Made by a program: the position numbers and the translations under genes | Notes under the pieces: model-generated | Seen by the model: only the letters and a program-made list of their open reading frames with translations | The model's database searches: none | Told to the model about the DNA's origin: nothing | DNA from: an uncultured Planctomycetota bacterium | Lineage (GTDB): Bacteria; Planctomycetota; PLA2; JAEUHO01 | Direction: 5' to 3' | Assembly: GCA_963752285.1 (NCBI GenBank) | Contig: CAVVXN010000003.1 | Location: 320,001-384,000, forward strand | DNA: 64,000 nucleotides | In this document: in pieces, positions 19,446-29,771 of the stretch | Position numbering within the stretch: position 1 is the first letter of the stretch | Layout: the number at the start of each line of letters is the position of its first letter

Positions 19446-19770
19446 ATACGCCGGGGACGGCCGGGAGTTGGAGCCGCAGGACGGTTTTTTGCTAGGCTGC
19501 CGAAACCCGTTGGGCCGGAACGACTTGTGCCGTCGGAGCCGGGTGGGGGCGGCCGGGCCCGCGAGGCCTTCTCGCGCCGCGCTCTCGCCGCCGCGCGGGG
19601 CGGCTCGCGCCGTGCCGCGGCCCTCGGCGGGGTCCCCGGCCGGGCCCCTCCCGCCCCTCCCCGACCGGCCCGCCGGGGACGAGGCTCCGGGGACTGTCCC
19701 CGGGGGGGCCTAGACTCCTGCCCCCAAGGCGGAGGAGGCCTTGGGGACGAGCGCGGGCCTCCCCTCGGGC

Positions 19771-19817
19771 CCACGATCGGTTGTGGCGAGATCGAGGGCT
19801 TCCACGAGATATAGTGG
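19771..19817 (+). promoter_or_regulatory. Tandem NrdR boxes
   Basis: CCACGATCGGTTGTGG (19771-19786) and CCACGAGATATAGTGG (19802-19817): 16-bp CAC-N8-GTG palindromes with starts 31 bp apart, upstream of the RNR gene. Confidence 0.8.
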
Positions 19818-19997
19818 TTCAGGTCGGCCTCCAGCTCCGGAGCGCGCGGGCCCCCGACGCGGGCCTCCCCTTCCGGTCCGAGGCGGCCGGCCCGCCCCGA
19901 AGGAAGACCCCCGGACGGTAGTTCCCGGACAGCCGGTCGGCGAGGCGCGCGCTCGAGGAGGGGTGCCCGCGCCCCGCCGACCCGAGAAGGAGTGGGC

Positions 19998-22900
19998 ATG
20001 CGGATCCCGCGTCGGTTCACGGTGGCCGGGAAGGACCCCTACGAGGGCCTCGAGTGGGTGGAGCGGACCTCCCAGATCCGGAATCCCGACGGGACGGTCG
20101 TGTTCCACCTCGACCGCGTCCGGGTCCCGTCGGGTTGGTCCTCCGTGGCGACCGACGTCCTCGCGCAGAAGTACTTCCGGCGGGCCGGCGTGCCCCAGGG
20201 CGAGGGCGCCGAGGCCCCGGGCGGGCTCGGCGGCGAGAGCGACGCCCGTCAGGTGTTCCACCGCCTCGCGGGCTGCTGGACCCACTGGGGCCGACGCTAC
20301 GGCTACTTCGACGGCGAGGACGACGCGAAGGCCTTCTACGACGAGCTCGTCCGGATGCTCGCCGACCAGCGCGCGGCTCCGAACAGCCCCCAGTGGTTCA
20401 ACACCGGTCTCCACTTCGCGTACGGCATCGACGGCCCCCCGCAGGGCCACCACTACGTGGACCCCGAGACGGGCCGACTCCACAAGAGCAAGAGCGCGTA
20501 CGAGCGTCCGCAGCCGCACGCTTGCTTCATCCAGCGGGTCGAGGACGACCTCGTGGGCCCGGGCGGGATCATGGACCTGTGGGTGCGCGAGGGGCGCCTC
20601 TTCAAGTACGGGTCGGGCACCGGGACGAACTTCAGCGCGCTCCGCGCCGAGGCGGAGCCGCTCTCGGGCGGCGGGAAGTCGTCCGGGCTCATGTCGTTCC
20701 TGAAGATCGGCGACCGCGCCGCGGGCGCCATCAAGTCGGGCGGGACGACGCGCCGGGCCGCGAAGATGGTCTGCCTCGACGTGGACCACCCGGACATCGA
20801 GGCCTTCATCGACTGGAAGGTGATCGAGGAGCAGAAGGTCGCCGCGCTCGTGAGCGGCTCCCGCATGCTCGCCCGGTGCCTCGACGCCGTGATGGCGGCC
20901 TGCCACGCGGGGCCCGACGCCGACACGCGGTTCGACCCGAAGCAGAACCGTCGTCTCGCGGACGCGATGCGCGACGCGCGGCGTTCGATGGTCCCGGCGA
21001 GCTACGTGCAGCGCGCCATCGCGCTCGCCGGCCAGGGGCACACCTCCATCGAGATCCCGACGTACACGACGGACTGGGACGGCGAGGCCTACCTGACCGT
21101 CTCGGGCCAGAACAGCAACAACTCCGTCCGACTCTCGAACGGGTTCATGCAGGCCGTCCGCGACCAGGCGCCGTGGCCGCTGATCCGTCGGACCGACGGC
21201 GAGGTCGCCGACACGGTCCCCGCGCGACGGCTGTGGGACAAGATCGCGTACAGCGCGTGGGCCTGCGCCGACCCGGGCGTGCAGTTCGACACGACGATCA
21301 ACGAGTGGCACACGTGTCCGAGGGACGGGCGCATCAACGCGTCGAACCCGTGCTCCGAGTACATGTTCCTCGACGACACGGCGTGCAACCTCGCCAGCCT
21401 GAACCTCGTCACCTTCCTCGACCCCGCGACGGGGCGCTTCGACGTCGAGGGCTACCGCCACGCGATCCGGCTGTGGACGATCGTTCTCGAGATCTCCGTG
21501 CTGATGGCCCAGTATCCGAGTCGCGAGATCGCCCGACGCTCGTACGTGTACCGCACGCTCGGTCTCGGGTACGCGAACGTCGGATCGCTCCTGATGCGCC
21601 TCGGGATCCCCTACGACTCCGACGAGGGACGCGCGTGGACGGGCGCGCTCACGGCGATCCTCACCGGCGAGGCGTACGCGACCTCGGCCGAGATGGCCGG
21701 CCGGCTCGGGCCCTTCGAGGCGTTCGGGCGAAACCGCGAGGACATGCTCCGGGTCATGCGCAACCACCGCCGCGCCGCGTACCACGCGACGAAGGGCGAG
21801 TACGAGGGCCTGACCGTGGCCCCGCAGGGCCTCGACCCGACCCACGTCCCCGAGGACCTGCTCTACGCCGCCCGCGACGCGTGGGACCGCGCGCTCGATC
21901 TGGGCGAGCGTCACGGGTACCGCAACGCGCAGACGACCGTGGTGGCGCCCACCGGCACGATCGGGCTGGTGATGGACTGCGACACGACGGGCATCGAGCC
22001 GGACTTCGCGCTCGTGAAGTTCAAGAAGCTCGCGGGAGGTGGGTACTTCCGGATCATCAACGGTGCGGTGCCCGCCGCGCTCGCGCGTCTGGGCTACGCG
22101 AAGAGCCAGATCGACGACATCGTCCGGTACGTGAAGGGCAGCGGCACGCTCGTGGGCGCCCCCGAGATCGACGACCAGGCGCTCCGGCGCCGGGGCTTCG
22201 ACGACGAGGCGATCTCGAAGATCGAGGCCCAGCTCCCCGCGGCCTTCGACGTGGGCTTCGTGATCAACCGCTGGTCGCTCGGCGACGCGTTCCTCCGCGA
22301 CCGCCTCGGGATCGCGCCCGAGGTCTTCGAGGCGCCCGACTTCGACCTGCTCCGCCACCTCGGGTTCACGAAGGACCAGGTCCGACGCGCGAACGACGCG
22401 ATCTGCGGCACCATGACCGTGGAGGGGGCCCCGCACCTCCGGGACGAGCACCTCCCCGTCTTCGACTGCGCGTCCAAGTGCGGCCGGTACGGCAAGCGCT
22501 CGATCCACTGGATGGGGCACATCCGGCAGATGGCCGCGGCGCAGCCGTTCGTCTCCGGGGCGATCTCGAAGACGATCAACATGCCCAACGAGGCCCTGGT
22601 GGAGGACGTCGAACACGCGTACGAGACGTCCTGGCGCTCGATGCTGAAGGCCCTGGCCCTCTACCGGGACGGCTCGAAGCTGAGCCAGCCGCTGAACGCC
22701 GTGACCGACGACGACGACGACGCCGACCTCGCGGGGTCGGCGGAGACGCCGACCGCAGGGGGGAAGGTCGCCGAGGTGGCCCGCCAGGTCGCGGAGCGCG
22801 CGGTCGTCCGCTATCTCCGCGAGCGTCGCCGCCTCCCCTCGCGCCGGGGCGGGTACACCCAGAAGGCCACGGTCGGCGGCCACAAGGTCTACCTCCGGAC

Positions 22901-23747
22901 GGGCGAGTACGCGGACGGTCAGCTCGGCGAGATCTTCATCGACATGCACAAGGAGGGCGCGGCCTTCCGGAGCCTCATGAACTGCTTCGCGATCGCCGTG
23001 TCGCTGGGTCTCCAGTACGGCGTTCCCCTCGAGGAGTTCGCGGACGCGTACGTCTTCACGCGGTTCGAGCCGAACGGGATCGTGGACGGCAACGACCGGA
23101 TCAAGCTCTCCACGTCGATCATCGACTACATCTTCCGCGAGCTCGCCATCACGTACCTCGACCGCAAGGACCTCGCCCAGGTCACGAGCGAGGACCTCCA
23201 GCCGGACGTCGTTCGCCGGGACCCGGGGTCGGGCGGCGAGGAGCCGGCCGAGGGCGAGGAGCGCCCCGTGGAGGCCGAGACCGCGGAGGGCGAGCCCGTG
23301 GAGGCGCGGCCCGTGCCGAGGGTTTTCGCGCCGGAGACGATCCACCCGGTGAGCCGGGGCCTCGCGGGCGAGAACGGCCGGGCAGGGAACGGGAACGGGA
23401 ACGGGAACGGGAACGGCAAGAGCAACGGCAACGGCCACGCACACGGGAGCGGGCACGAGTCCGGCGGCGGCGCGGTCCCCGTCACGCCCGGACGGGAAGA
23501 CGTCGTCGCCGACGCGACCGCGCGGGTCCGCGGGTTCGCCCTCACCCCCGCGGGCGAGGCGGCGCGCGCCGCCGTGACGACCCCCGCCACGAACGGGCGA
23601 CGCGTGACGCTCTCCCACCAGGCCGTCCAGGCCCGGCTGAAGGGCTACACGGGCGACGCGTGCTCCGAGTGCGGCTCGTTCACGATGGTCCGGAACGGGT
23701 CGTGCCTCAAGTGCGACACGTGCGGCGGCACGAGCGGCTGCTCGTGA
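19998..23747 (+). CDS. nrdJ: Class II (adenosylcobalamin-dependent) ribonucleotide reductase with TSCPD domain and C-terminal Zn ribbon
   Basis: [63 protein letters not shown]; ends CSECG...[19 protein letters not shown]. Confidence 0.97.
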   Translation: MRIPRRFTVAGKDPYEGLEWVERTSQIRNPDGTVVFHLDRVRVPSGWSSVATDVLAQKYFRRAGVPQGEGAEAPGGLGGESDARQVFHRLAGCWTHWGRRYGYFDGEDDAKAFYDELVRMLADQRAAPNSPQWFNTGLHFAYGIDGPPQGHHYVDPETGRLHKSKSAYERPQPHACFIQRVEDDLVGPGGIMDLWVREGRLFKYGSGTGTNFSALRAEAEPLSGGGKSSGLMSFLKIGDRAAGAIKSGGTTRRAAKMVCLDVDHPDIEAFIDWKVIEEQKVAALVSGSRMLARCLDAVMAACHAGPDADTRFDPKQNRRLADAMRDARRSMVPASYVQRAIALAGQGHTSIEIPTYTTDWDGEAYLTVSGQNSNNSVRLSNGFMQAVRDQAPWPLIRRTDGEVADTVPARRLWDKIAYSAWACADPGVQFDTTINEWHTCPRDGRINASNPCSEYMFLDDTACNLASLNLVTFLDPATGRFDVEGYRHAIRLWTIVLEISVLMAQYPSREIARRSYVYRTLGLGYANVGSLLMRLGIPYDSDEGRAWTGALTAILTGEAYATSAEMAGRLGPFEAFGRNREDMLRVMRNHRRAAYHATKGEYEGLTVAPQGLDPTHVPEDLLYAARDAWDRALDLGERHGYRNAQTTVVAPTGTIGLVMDCDTTGIEPDFALVKFKKLAGGGYFRIINGAVPAALARLGYAKSQIDDIVRYVKGSGTLVGAPEIDDQALRRRGFDDEAISKIEAQLPAAFDVGFVINRWSLGDAFLRDRLGIAPEVFEAPDFDLLRHLGFTKDQVRRANDAICGTMTVEGAPHLRDEHLPVFDCASKCGRYGKRSIHWMGHIRQMAAAQPFVSGAISKTINMPNEALVEDVEHAYETSWRSMLKALALYRDGSKLSQPLNAVTDDDDDADLAGSAETPTAGGKVAEVARQVAERAVVRYLRERRRLPSRRGGYTQKATVGGHKVYLRTGEYADGQLGEIFIDMHKEGAAFRSLMNCFAIAVSLGLQYGVPLEEFADAYVFTRFEPNGIVDGNDRIKLSTSIIDYIFRELAITYLDRKDLAQVTSEDLQPDVVRRDPGSGGEEPAEGEERPVEAETAEGEPVEARPVPRVFAPETIHPVSRGLAGENGRAGNGNGNGNGNGKSNGNGHAHGSGHESGGGAVPVTPGREDVVADATARVRGFALTPAGEAARAAVTTPATNGRRVTLSHQAVQARLKGYTGDACSECGSFTMVRNGSCLKCDTCGGTSGCS
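23385..23414 (+). repeat. In-frame (GGGAAC)5 microsatellite encoding a Gly-Asn linker in NrdJ
   Basis: Five exact GGGAAC units. Confidence 0.9.
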
Positions 23748-23878
23748 GGCAGGCGGAGCCACCATCGGGGGGGCGGGGAGGCCGGGGCGCGCGAGGCGAC
23801 GTGGTAGCATTCGCGCCCTGGCGCGCCGGCCTCGCGGTGCCCGACGGTGCGACCCCGTCCGGAGAGCAGGACCTCGGC

Positions 23879-25060
23879 ATGTCCGTTCCTCGCGTGCTCA
23901 TCGTGAGCTCCTCCGCGGGGCACGGCCACGTCATGGCGGCCCACGCGCTGTCCGCCGCGCTGCGGCGCCGGCACCCCGTGCTCGACGTGACCGAGGTGGA
24001 CTGCCTGCGGTTGATGGCGCGGTGGTTCGGGAAGACGTACCGGATCGTCTACCTGGGGATGGCGGACCGCGCGCCGACCGCCTGGCGCGTCCTCTACGAG
24101 TCCACCGACCGGCAGACCTCGCAGGGGGGGCACGGGCTCGCGCGCTTCGCGGGGCGCCCGTTGATCCGGGCCTGCCTGCGCTGGAAGCCCCACGTCGTCC
24201 TGGCCACGCACTTCCTCGCGCCCGAGATCCTCACGCCGGCGATCCTGGCGGGGAAGCTCGACACGCGCCTCCACCTCGTCATTACCGATCACGACGTCCA
24301 CCGGATGTGGCACTGGCCGGTCGTCCACCGCTACTACGTCGCGTCGGAGCTCGTGAAGGCCCGCCTCTCCCTTCGTTTCGGCGTGCCTGAGGAGAAGGTG
24401 CTCGTCACGGGCATCCCCGTGCGCCGGCCGTTCACGCAGCCGGTGGACGTGGACCGGGTCCGCGCCCGCTACGCGCTCGACCCGCGGCGGCCCGTGGTGC
24501 TCTTCATGTCGGGCGGGTTCGCCGCCGGGCCGATCCGCCAGTCGATCCTCGGACTCTGGCTGGAGCGCCGCGACGTCCAGGTGATCGCGGTCACGGCCCG
24601 GAACACGCGCCTCAAGCGGGCGATCGAGCGCCTGCCCCGGCCCGAGGGCGCGACGCTCCACGTGCTCGGCTTCGTGGACCGCCCCTGGGAGCTCATCGCC
24701 GCCGCCGACCTGGTCGTGACGAAGAGCGGCGGCATCACGACCGCGGAGTGCCTCGCGCTCGGGAAGCCGATGCTCCTCTCCACCGGGATCCCCGGCCAGG
24801 AGGAGCGAAACGCCGACGCGCTCGTCGAGGCCGGCGCCGCCTTCAAGGCCCCGACGTCGGAGGAGATCCGCTGGCGCACCGTGCGCCTCCTCGACGACCC
24901 CGCGAAGCTCCTCGCCATGTCCCGCGCCGCCCGCGCGTTCGCCCGCAGCGACGCCGCCGACGTGATCGCCGACCGCGTGGCGGAGGAGGTGGAGGAGCCG
25001 ATCGTCTACGGCCCGCACTTCCACGGCGCGCGCGGCCCCTCCCGCGTCCTCGGCGGCTGA
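23879..25060 (+). CDS. MGDG synthase/UgtP-like diacylglycerol glycosyltransferase (GT28)
   Basis: C-terminal part of ORF 20054..25060; SAGHGH, VITD.DVH..W, VTGIPV, TKSGGIT.AE, PGQEERNA. Confidence 0.9.
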   Translation: MSVPRVLIVSSSAGHGHVMAAHALSAALRRRHPVLDVTEVDCLRLMARWFGKTYRIVYLGMADRAPTAWRVLYESTDRQTSQGGHGLARFAGRPLIRACLRWKPHVVLATHFLAPEILTPAILAGKLDTRLHLVITDHDVHRMWHWPVVHRYYVASELVKARLSLRFGVPEEKVLVTGIPVRRPFTQPVDVDRVRARYALDPRRPVVLFMSGGFAAGPIRQSILGLWLERRDVQVIAVTARNTRLKRAIERLPRPEGATLHVLGFVDRPWELIAAADLVVTKSGGITTAECLALGKPMLLSTGIPGQEERNADALVEAGAAFKAPTSEEIRWRTVRLLDDPAKLLAMSRAARAFARSDAADVIADRVAEEVEEPIVYGPHFHGARGPSRVLGG

Positions 25061-25142
25061 GAGCCCGCGTCCGGCCCCGACCCTCGGCCGAATGTGAAGG
25101 GCGACCGTCATGCCGGCCCGGGCTTCGGGTCGATAGGACGCC

Positions 25143-26798
25143 GTGCGAACACCCGCCCGCCCCTGGTTCCACGCGCGCGTCGTGGTGCCGCTGACGGGAC
25201 GCGAACCTCTCCTCGGGAGGCTCGCGACCCGCCTCACCGGACTCGGTCCGGGCTGGGGCCAGGTCCGTCTCGTCGGACCGCGCGGCGCCGGCGCCACGCG
25301 GATCCTCGTCGAGGCGCTCCGAAACCAGTTCCCGCCCGCCGGCGTCGCCGGCCCCCTCTTCGTGGGCCTCGCGCCGGCCGACGCGCCACCGCTCGAGCCG
25401 CTGCGCCGCGCGCTCGAGCGACGCCTCGCGGCCACGACCCGGCAAGAGGCCCGGGTTCGTCTCGAGGACGCCCTCGACCACGACGTGCCCCTCTCGGGTC
25501 GCGCGCTCCGTTGGATCTACGACGGTCCCGGCGCGGGCGCCGTCGCTCCCGAGCCGGACCTCGTCCATCGACTCCTGCGCGGGCTCGTGCCCTCGGGCCC
25601 CCTCATCGCCGAGGACCTCGAACGGCTCGACCCGCTCACCACGAGCGTGCTCCTCGCGGAGTCGGGGCCGGACGGCCTCGGCCTGCTCGCCGTCTCGAGC
25701 GGACCCGAGTCGGGGGACCTCTCGCACTGGCCGATCCCGCCGCTCGGCGCCGCCCAGGTGGACCTGCTGCTCCGGCGCTGGCTCCGCCACCCGATCACCG
25801 CGCGACGCCTCGCCCCGGTGGTCCAGGACCTCTACGAAGGATGGCCCGCCCGCACCGTGCGCGCGCTGCGGGATCTCGGTCGCGCGGGCGCGCTCGTCCG
25901 CGAGCGGCGCGGCGTCGCGATCCAGGTCTGGCCGCTCCCCTGGCCGCCCCGCTCCGGCGCGCCCGCCGACTTCACGGAGTTCTCGACGGGCCTCCCGCCC
26001 GCGGAGCGCGCCGTGCTCGATGTCGGCGCCCTCGCCGCGGAGGAGGGCGACGCCGGGATCCTCTCCGGCGCGGCCGGCGTGAAGCCCCACGTCGTCGAAG
26101 ACCTGCGCGCGGAGGTCGCGGAGCGATGGCCGTGCGCCGGCGGCGACCTGTTCCCGTCCCGCGCCGAGCGCCTCGCGTACGCCCGGTCCCTGGACGCCCG
26201 GACGCGCCGCCGCGCCGCGGAGCGACTGCTCGCGGCCTGGTCGCGTCGGCCCGGCGCCCGCGATCGCGGCGCGCGCGACGCGATCGCGCGCCTCGAGGTC
26301 GCCGCGGAGGCGGGCTCCCGCGAGGACGTGAAGCGCGCGGCGGCGAACCTCGCCGCGTTCGACGTGGACCGCGCGGCCCTTGGCGACGAGCTGCGGGCGC
26401 TGCTGAGCCCCGCCCCGCGACCGGCGGGGGCCCCGGCGGCCCCGGGGCTCGCGCGTGCCCGCGCGTACCTGCTCGCTGGCGACGTCCGCGCCGCCTCCGA
26501 GACGTTCGACGCGGTGGCCGCGAACGAGGCCGTGCCGATTCCGGTGCGCGTGGAGGCGCTCGCGCGGCTCGCCCACGCGCGGCTCCGCGTGGGGGACGAG
26601 GCCGGCGCACGCCGCGCCGCGCGCCGGGCCTCCGCCCTGCTCGAGGCCCTCGGGCGCGGGCCGGGCGAGGACCGGCGGCTCCACCGCATCCTCGCGGCCG
26701 CGTGGGGCTGGCTCGGAGAGCCGGGACCGGCGGCCCGGCACCGCCACGCCTCGCGTCGCCGGTCCCGCCGCGACGGAACGGTGAAGGTCGTCGTTTAG
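25143..26798 (+). CDS. Hypothetical protein with degenerate AAA_16/STAND-like NTPase N-terminus and helical C-terminus
   Basis: LTGREPLLGRL...LVGPRGAGATR (Walker A Lys replaced by Ala), IAEDLERLD Walker-B-like segment. Confidence 0.55.
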   Translation: MRTPARPWFHARVVVPLTGREPLLGRLATRLTGLGPGWGQVRLVGPRGAGATRILVEALRNQFPPAGVAGPLFVGLAPADAPPLEPLRRALERRLAATTRQEARVRLEDALDHDVPLSGRALRWIYDGPGAGAVAPEPDLVHRLLRGLVPSGPLIAEDLERLDPLTTSVLLAESGPDGLGLLAVSSGPESGDLSHWPIPPLGAAQVDLLLRRWLRHPITARRLAPVVQDLYEGWPARTVRALRDLGRAGALVRERRGVAIQVWPLPWPPRSGAPADFTEFSTGLPPAERAVLDVGALAAEEGDAGILSGAAGVKPHVVEDLRAEVAERWPCAGGDLFPSRAERLAYARSLDARTRRRAAERLLAAWSRRPGARDRGARDAIARLEVAAEAGSREDVKRAAANLAAFDVDRAALGDELRALLSPAPRPAGAPAAPGLARARAYLLAGDVRAASETFDAVAANEAVPIPVRVEALARLAHARLRVGDEAGARRAARRASALLEALGRGPGEDRRLHRILAAAWGWLGEPGPAARHRHASRRRSRRDGTVKVVV

Positions 26799-26851
26799 CA
26801 GAGGGGCCCGTCTCCCTCGACCTCGCGGTCGGGAGCCCCCCGGAACGACCG

Positions 26852-27913
26852 ATGCGCGCTCCGCTCCTCTCGCTCTCCCTCCTCGTCGCTCTCGCCCTCG
26901 GTGCCGCGGCCGCGGCCCGCGCGGACGACGTCCCCGGGTTTCTCGTGCGCCACGCGGCGGACCCCTACCAGGTCGCGCGCGGTCCGATCGAGGTGCGCGA
27001 CGAGTACATGCCTGCCCAGGTCCGCCTCACCCTCCCGGCGACGACGCCCGACCCGCTCGGCTGCGGGTGCTGGCGGGCGACCTTCCAGGTGGACTGGGGG
27101 AACGACTTCACGTTCAACCAGGAAGGGCCGGCGGAGAGCCCCTTCGCCGACCGCCACTTCATCGTGGACGGCGAGCACCGCACGTTCGCGCTGAGCGTGG
27201 AGCGTGGCGTGCGACCCGACCTCGACGTCGGCGTCCGCGTCCCGATCCACTGGCGGGGCGGCGGCATGCTCGACTCGATCATCGACTGGTGGCACCGGTG
27301 GACCGGGACGGCCGACAACGCGCGCCCGTTCTTCGATCGGGACCGCTACCGGGTCGAGGGCTCGAGCTCGTCGGGGCGTAGCTTCGACTGGGACGGCGAG
27401 CGCGGGATCGGCCTCGGCAACGTGGAGGCCTGGGTCCGCTACGCCTTTCGCCGTCCCGCCCGGCGTTCGGACTGGCGCGCGGCGCTCGTCGGCCGGCTCT
27501 CCGTGCCCACCGGCACCGGTCCGTTCGAGACCGGGAGCGTGGACCTCGGCGCCCAGGTGGTCGCCGCCAAGCAGCTTCGCCGCAGGTGGGACGTGTACAT
27601 GGGCCTCGGCGGGACGTGGTTCTCGAAGGAGGAGATCCGCGGCTGGCGCTACGAGCACGTCCGCGCCGCGGCGTTCCTCGCCGCCGAGTGGCGTTTCCTG
27701 CCCACGATGAGCCTCCTCGTGCAGAGCGACGCGGCCAGCCGTCTCGTCACGGACGTCCGCGACCACCCGGGCCTCGAGTGGTACGCCGAGGTCGGCGTGA
27801 AGTGGGACGTCTGCCGCCCTGCGCGCGTGTTCGTGGGCTTCACCGAGAACATCATCGACCAGGAGTCCACGCTCGACGTCGGCTTCTGGGCGGGCATCGA
27901 GACGCGCTTCTGA
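26852..27913 (+). CDS. DUF3187-like outer-membrane beta-barrel protein
   Basis: Signal peptide; VDGE, GGGMLDSIIDWWH, LSVPTG motifs; alternating beta pattern and C-terminal Phe. Confidence 0.75.
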   Translation: MRAPLLSLSLLVALALGAAAAARADDVPGFLVRHAADPYQVARGPIEVRDEYMPAQVRLTLPATTPDPLGCGCWRATFQVDWGNDFTFNQEGPAESPFADRHFIVDGEHRTFALSVERGVRPDLDVGVRVPIHWRGGGMLDSIIDWWHRWTGTADNARPFFDRDRYRVEGSSSSGRSFDWDGERGIGLGNVEAWVRYAFRRPARRSDWRAALVGRLSVPTGTGPFETGSVDLGAQVVAAKQLRRRWDVYMGLGGTWFSKEEIRGWRYEHVRAAAFLAAEWRFLPTMSLLVQSDAASRLVTDVRDHPGLEWYAEVGVKWDVCRPARVFVGFTENIIDQESTLDVGFWAGIETRF

Positions 27914-27937
27914 TCGCCGGGCGGGTACCCTTCGGGA

Positions 27938-29182
27938 ATGCGGCTCGAAGGACCCGGCGGCGCGTGCTGGCTCGGCTACGGGATGAACGTGCACCCGGGC
28001 GGCGGCGTGGAGACGACGGTTCGGGCGCTCGACGACACCGCGACACCGCTCCGCGAGGCCCTCGGCCACACGGGGCCCTTCGGGCTCGGGCTCCGCCTCG
28101 ACGGCGCGGCCGTGACGAGGCTCCACGGCGACGCCGCGCTCCGCGCGGACCTCCGCGACCGGTTGGCGGGGGGCGGCTTCGTGCCGTTCACCGCGAACGG
28201 GTTCGTGGTGGGCGACTTCCACGGGCGCGCCCTGAAGGCGGAGGTCTACCGCCCGTCCTGGCGCGAGCCGGCGCGCCTCGCGTACACGACGGCGCTCGCC
28301 GAGGTGATGGCGGACCTCGCCGGCGCCGCGGGGCTCTCCCGCGTGTCGATCTCGACCTCGCCCCTGGCGTGGCGGGCGGGGACCGACGCCGAGCCCGAGA
28401 CGCGCGAGGGCGCCGCCGCGCTCGCGCGGGCCGCGCGGGGCCTCGTACGACTCCGGGAGGCGACCGGGGTCCGGGTCGCCCTCGCGATCGAGCCCGAGCC
28501 GGGCTGTCTCCTCGAACGGACCGCGGACCTGGTCCGGTTCTTCGAGGGCCCGCTCGCCGAGGCGCTCGGCGACGACGCCGAGGCGAGGTCGCACCTGGGC
28601 GCCTGCTTCGACGTGTGCCACCAGGCCGTGATGCAGGAGGACGCCCGCGCGTCGCTCGACGCCCTCGGCCGCGCGGGGATCGCCGTCGAGAAGCTGCAGG
28701 CGTCCGCGGCGCTCGAGGTCCGGGCGCCCGAGGACCCGGGGCGACGCCGCGCGCTCCTCGCGTTCGACGAGCCCGTGTACCTCCACCAGGTCGGCGCACG
28801 GGGGGACGACGGCCTCGCCCGCCTCGCCGTGGACCTCGGCCCGGCGTACGAGGACGGTTCGCCCGTGCGCGGTCTCGACCCCTGGCGCGTCCACTTCCAC
28901 GTACCGGTGTTCCGGGACGAGCTCGCGGGCGGCCTTCGCACGACCCGGCGGGTCCTCGACGAGGCCCTCCGACACGTCGCCTCGGGCGGCGTCACCGAGC
29001 ACGTCGAGATCGAGACGTACGCGTTCTTCGTCCTGCCCGAGTCCGAGCGCGACGCCTCGGGCCGCGCCCTCGTGGAGGCGCTCCGCCGCGAGTACGAGCA
29101 CGTGCTCGGCGTCCTCGCGTCCGCGGGCTCGACCGTCGTCGCCCGCGAGGCCGCGGAAGGCGGCCCGGGGAGGCCGGCTTGA
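27938..29182 (+). CDS. eboE: EboE-like TIM-barrel (xylose isomerase-like) protein
   Basis: LGYGMNVHP, LAIEPEPGC, DVCHQAV, EPVYLHQV, WRVHFHVPVF, HVEIETY. Confidence 0.8.
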   Translation: MRLEGPGGACWLGYGMNVHPGGGVETTVRALDDTATPLREALGHTGPFGLGLRLDGAAVTRLHGDAALRADLRDRLAGGGFVPFTANGFVVGDFHGRALKAEVYRPSWREPARLAYTTALAEVMADLAGAAGLSRVSISTSPLAWRAGTDAEPETREGAAALARAARGLVRLREATGVRVALAIEPEPGCLLERTADLVRFFEGPLAEALGDDAEARSHLGACFDVCHQAVMQEDARASLDALGRAGIAVEKLQASAALEVRAPEDPGRRRALLAFDEPVYLHQVGARGDDGLARLAVDLGPAYEDGSPVRGLDPWRVHFHVPVFRDELAGGLRTTRRVLDEALRHVASGGVTEHVEIETYAFFVLPESERDASGRALVEALRREYEHVLGVLASAGSTVVAREAAEGGPGRPA

Positions 29183-29694
29183 CCCATCCCGCGCTCCTCG
29201 TCGTCGTGAGCGACCGCGCCGCGGCCGGGACGCGCCCCGACCGGACCGCCGACCTGCTCGCGCCGGTGATGGCCCGCGCGGGGTTCGCGCTCCTCGAGAC
29301 GCGGGTCGTCCCCGACGAGGTGGACGCGATCTCGGCCGCCCTGGTGGAGGGGTGCCTCCGCGCGCGGCTCGTGCTGACCACCGGAGGCACGGGCGTCGCG
29401 CCCCGAGACGTGACCCCGGAGGCCACCCGCGCGATCCTGGACCTGGAGGTCCCGGGTCTCGGCGAAGAGATGCGGAGGGCGAGCCTCGGAACGACCCCGA
29501 AGGCGATCGGGAGCCGGGCCCTCGGGGGGGTTCGCGGCCGGGCGGTCGTCCTCAACCTGCCGGGCCGGCCCGAGGGCGCCGTCGAGTGCTTCGAGGCGGT
29601 GGCCGGCGCGCTCGGGCACCTGGTGGCGCTCCGAGGCGGTCCGGTCCCCGACGACGCCCACGGTCCGGGGGGAGGGGCCCCCGGGCCGGCGTGA
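29179..29694 (+). CDS. MogA/MoaB molybdopterin adenylyltransferase
   Basis: TTG start overlapping the eboE stop, GGAGG RBS; VSDR, VVPDE, TTGGTGVAPRDVTPEAT, NLPG.P. Confidence 0.9.
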   Translation: MTHPALLVVVSDRAAAGTRPDRTADLLAPVMARAGFALLETRVVPDEVDAISAALVEGCLRARLVLTTGGTGVAPRDVTPEATRAILDLEVPGLGEEMRRASLGTTPKAIGSRALGGVRGRAVVLNLPGRPEGAVECFEAVAGALGHLVALRGGPVPDDAHGPGGGAPGPA

Positions 29695-29771
29695 GGCCCG
29701 GAGGGGTGGGGGCGAGGCGGCGGGCGTCCGCTTCGCCGTACCATGTCGTCCCGCCGTGGAGGTCCCCCTCG

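Noticed and set aside
19450..19990. Cobalamin riboswitch upstream of the B12-dependent RNR
   Set aside because: No recognisable B12-box or conserved core was found; NrdR boxes explain the regulation better.
19998..23747. Intein or intron in nrdJ
   Set aside because: The catalytic motifs are contiguous; the extra length is the TSCPD domain plus a low-complexity linker.
20054..23878. Apparent 1668-aa ORF overlapping nrdJ
   Set aside because: Off-frame GC-rich read-through; the real gene starts at 23879.
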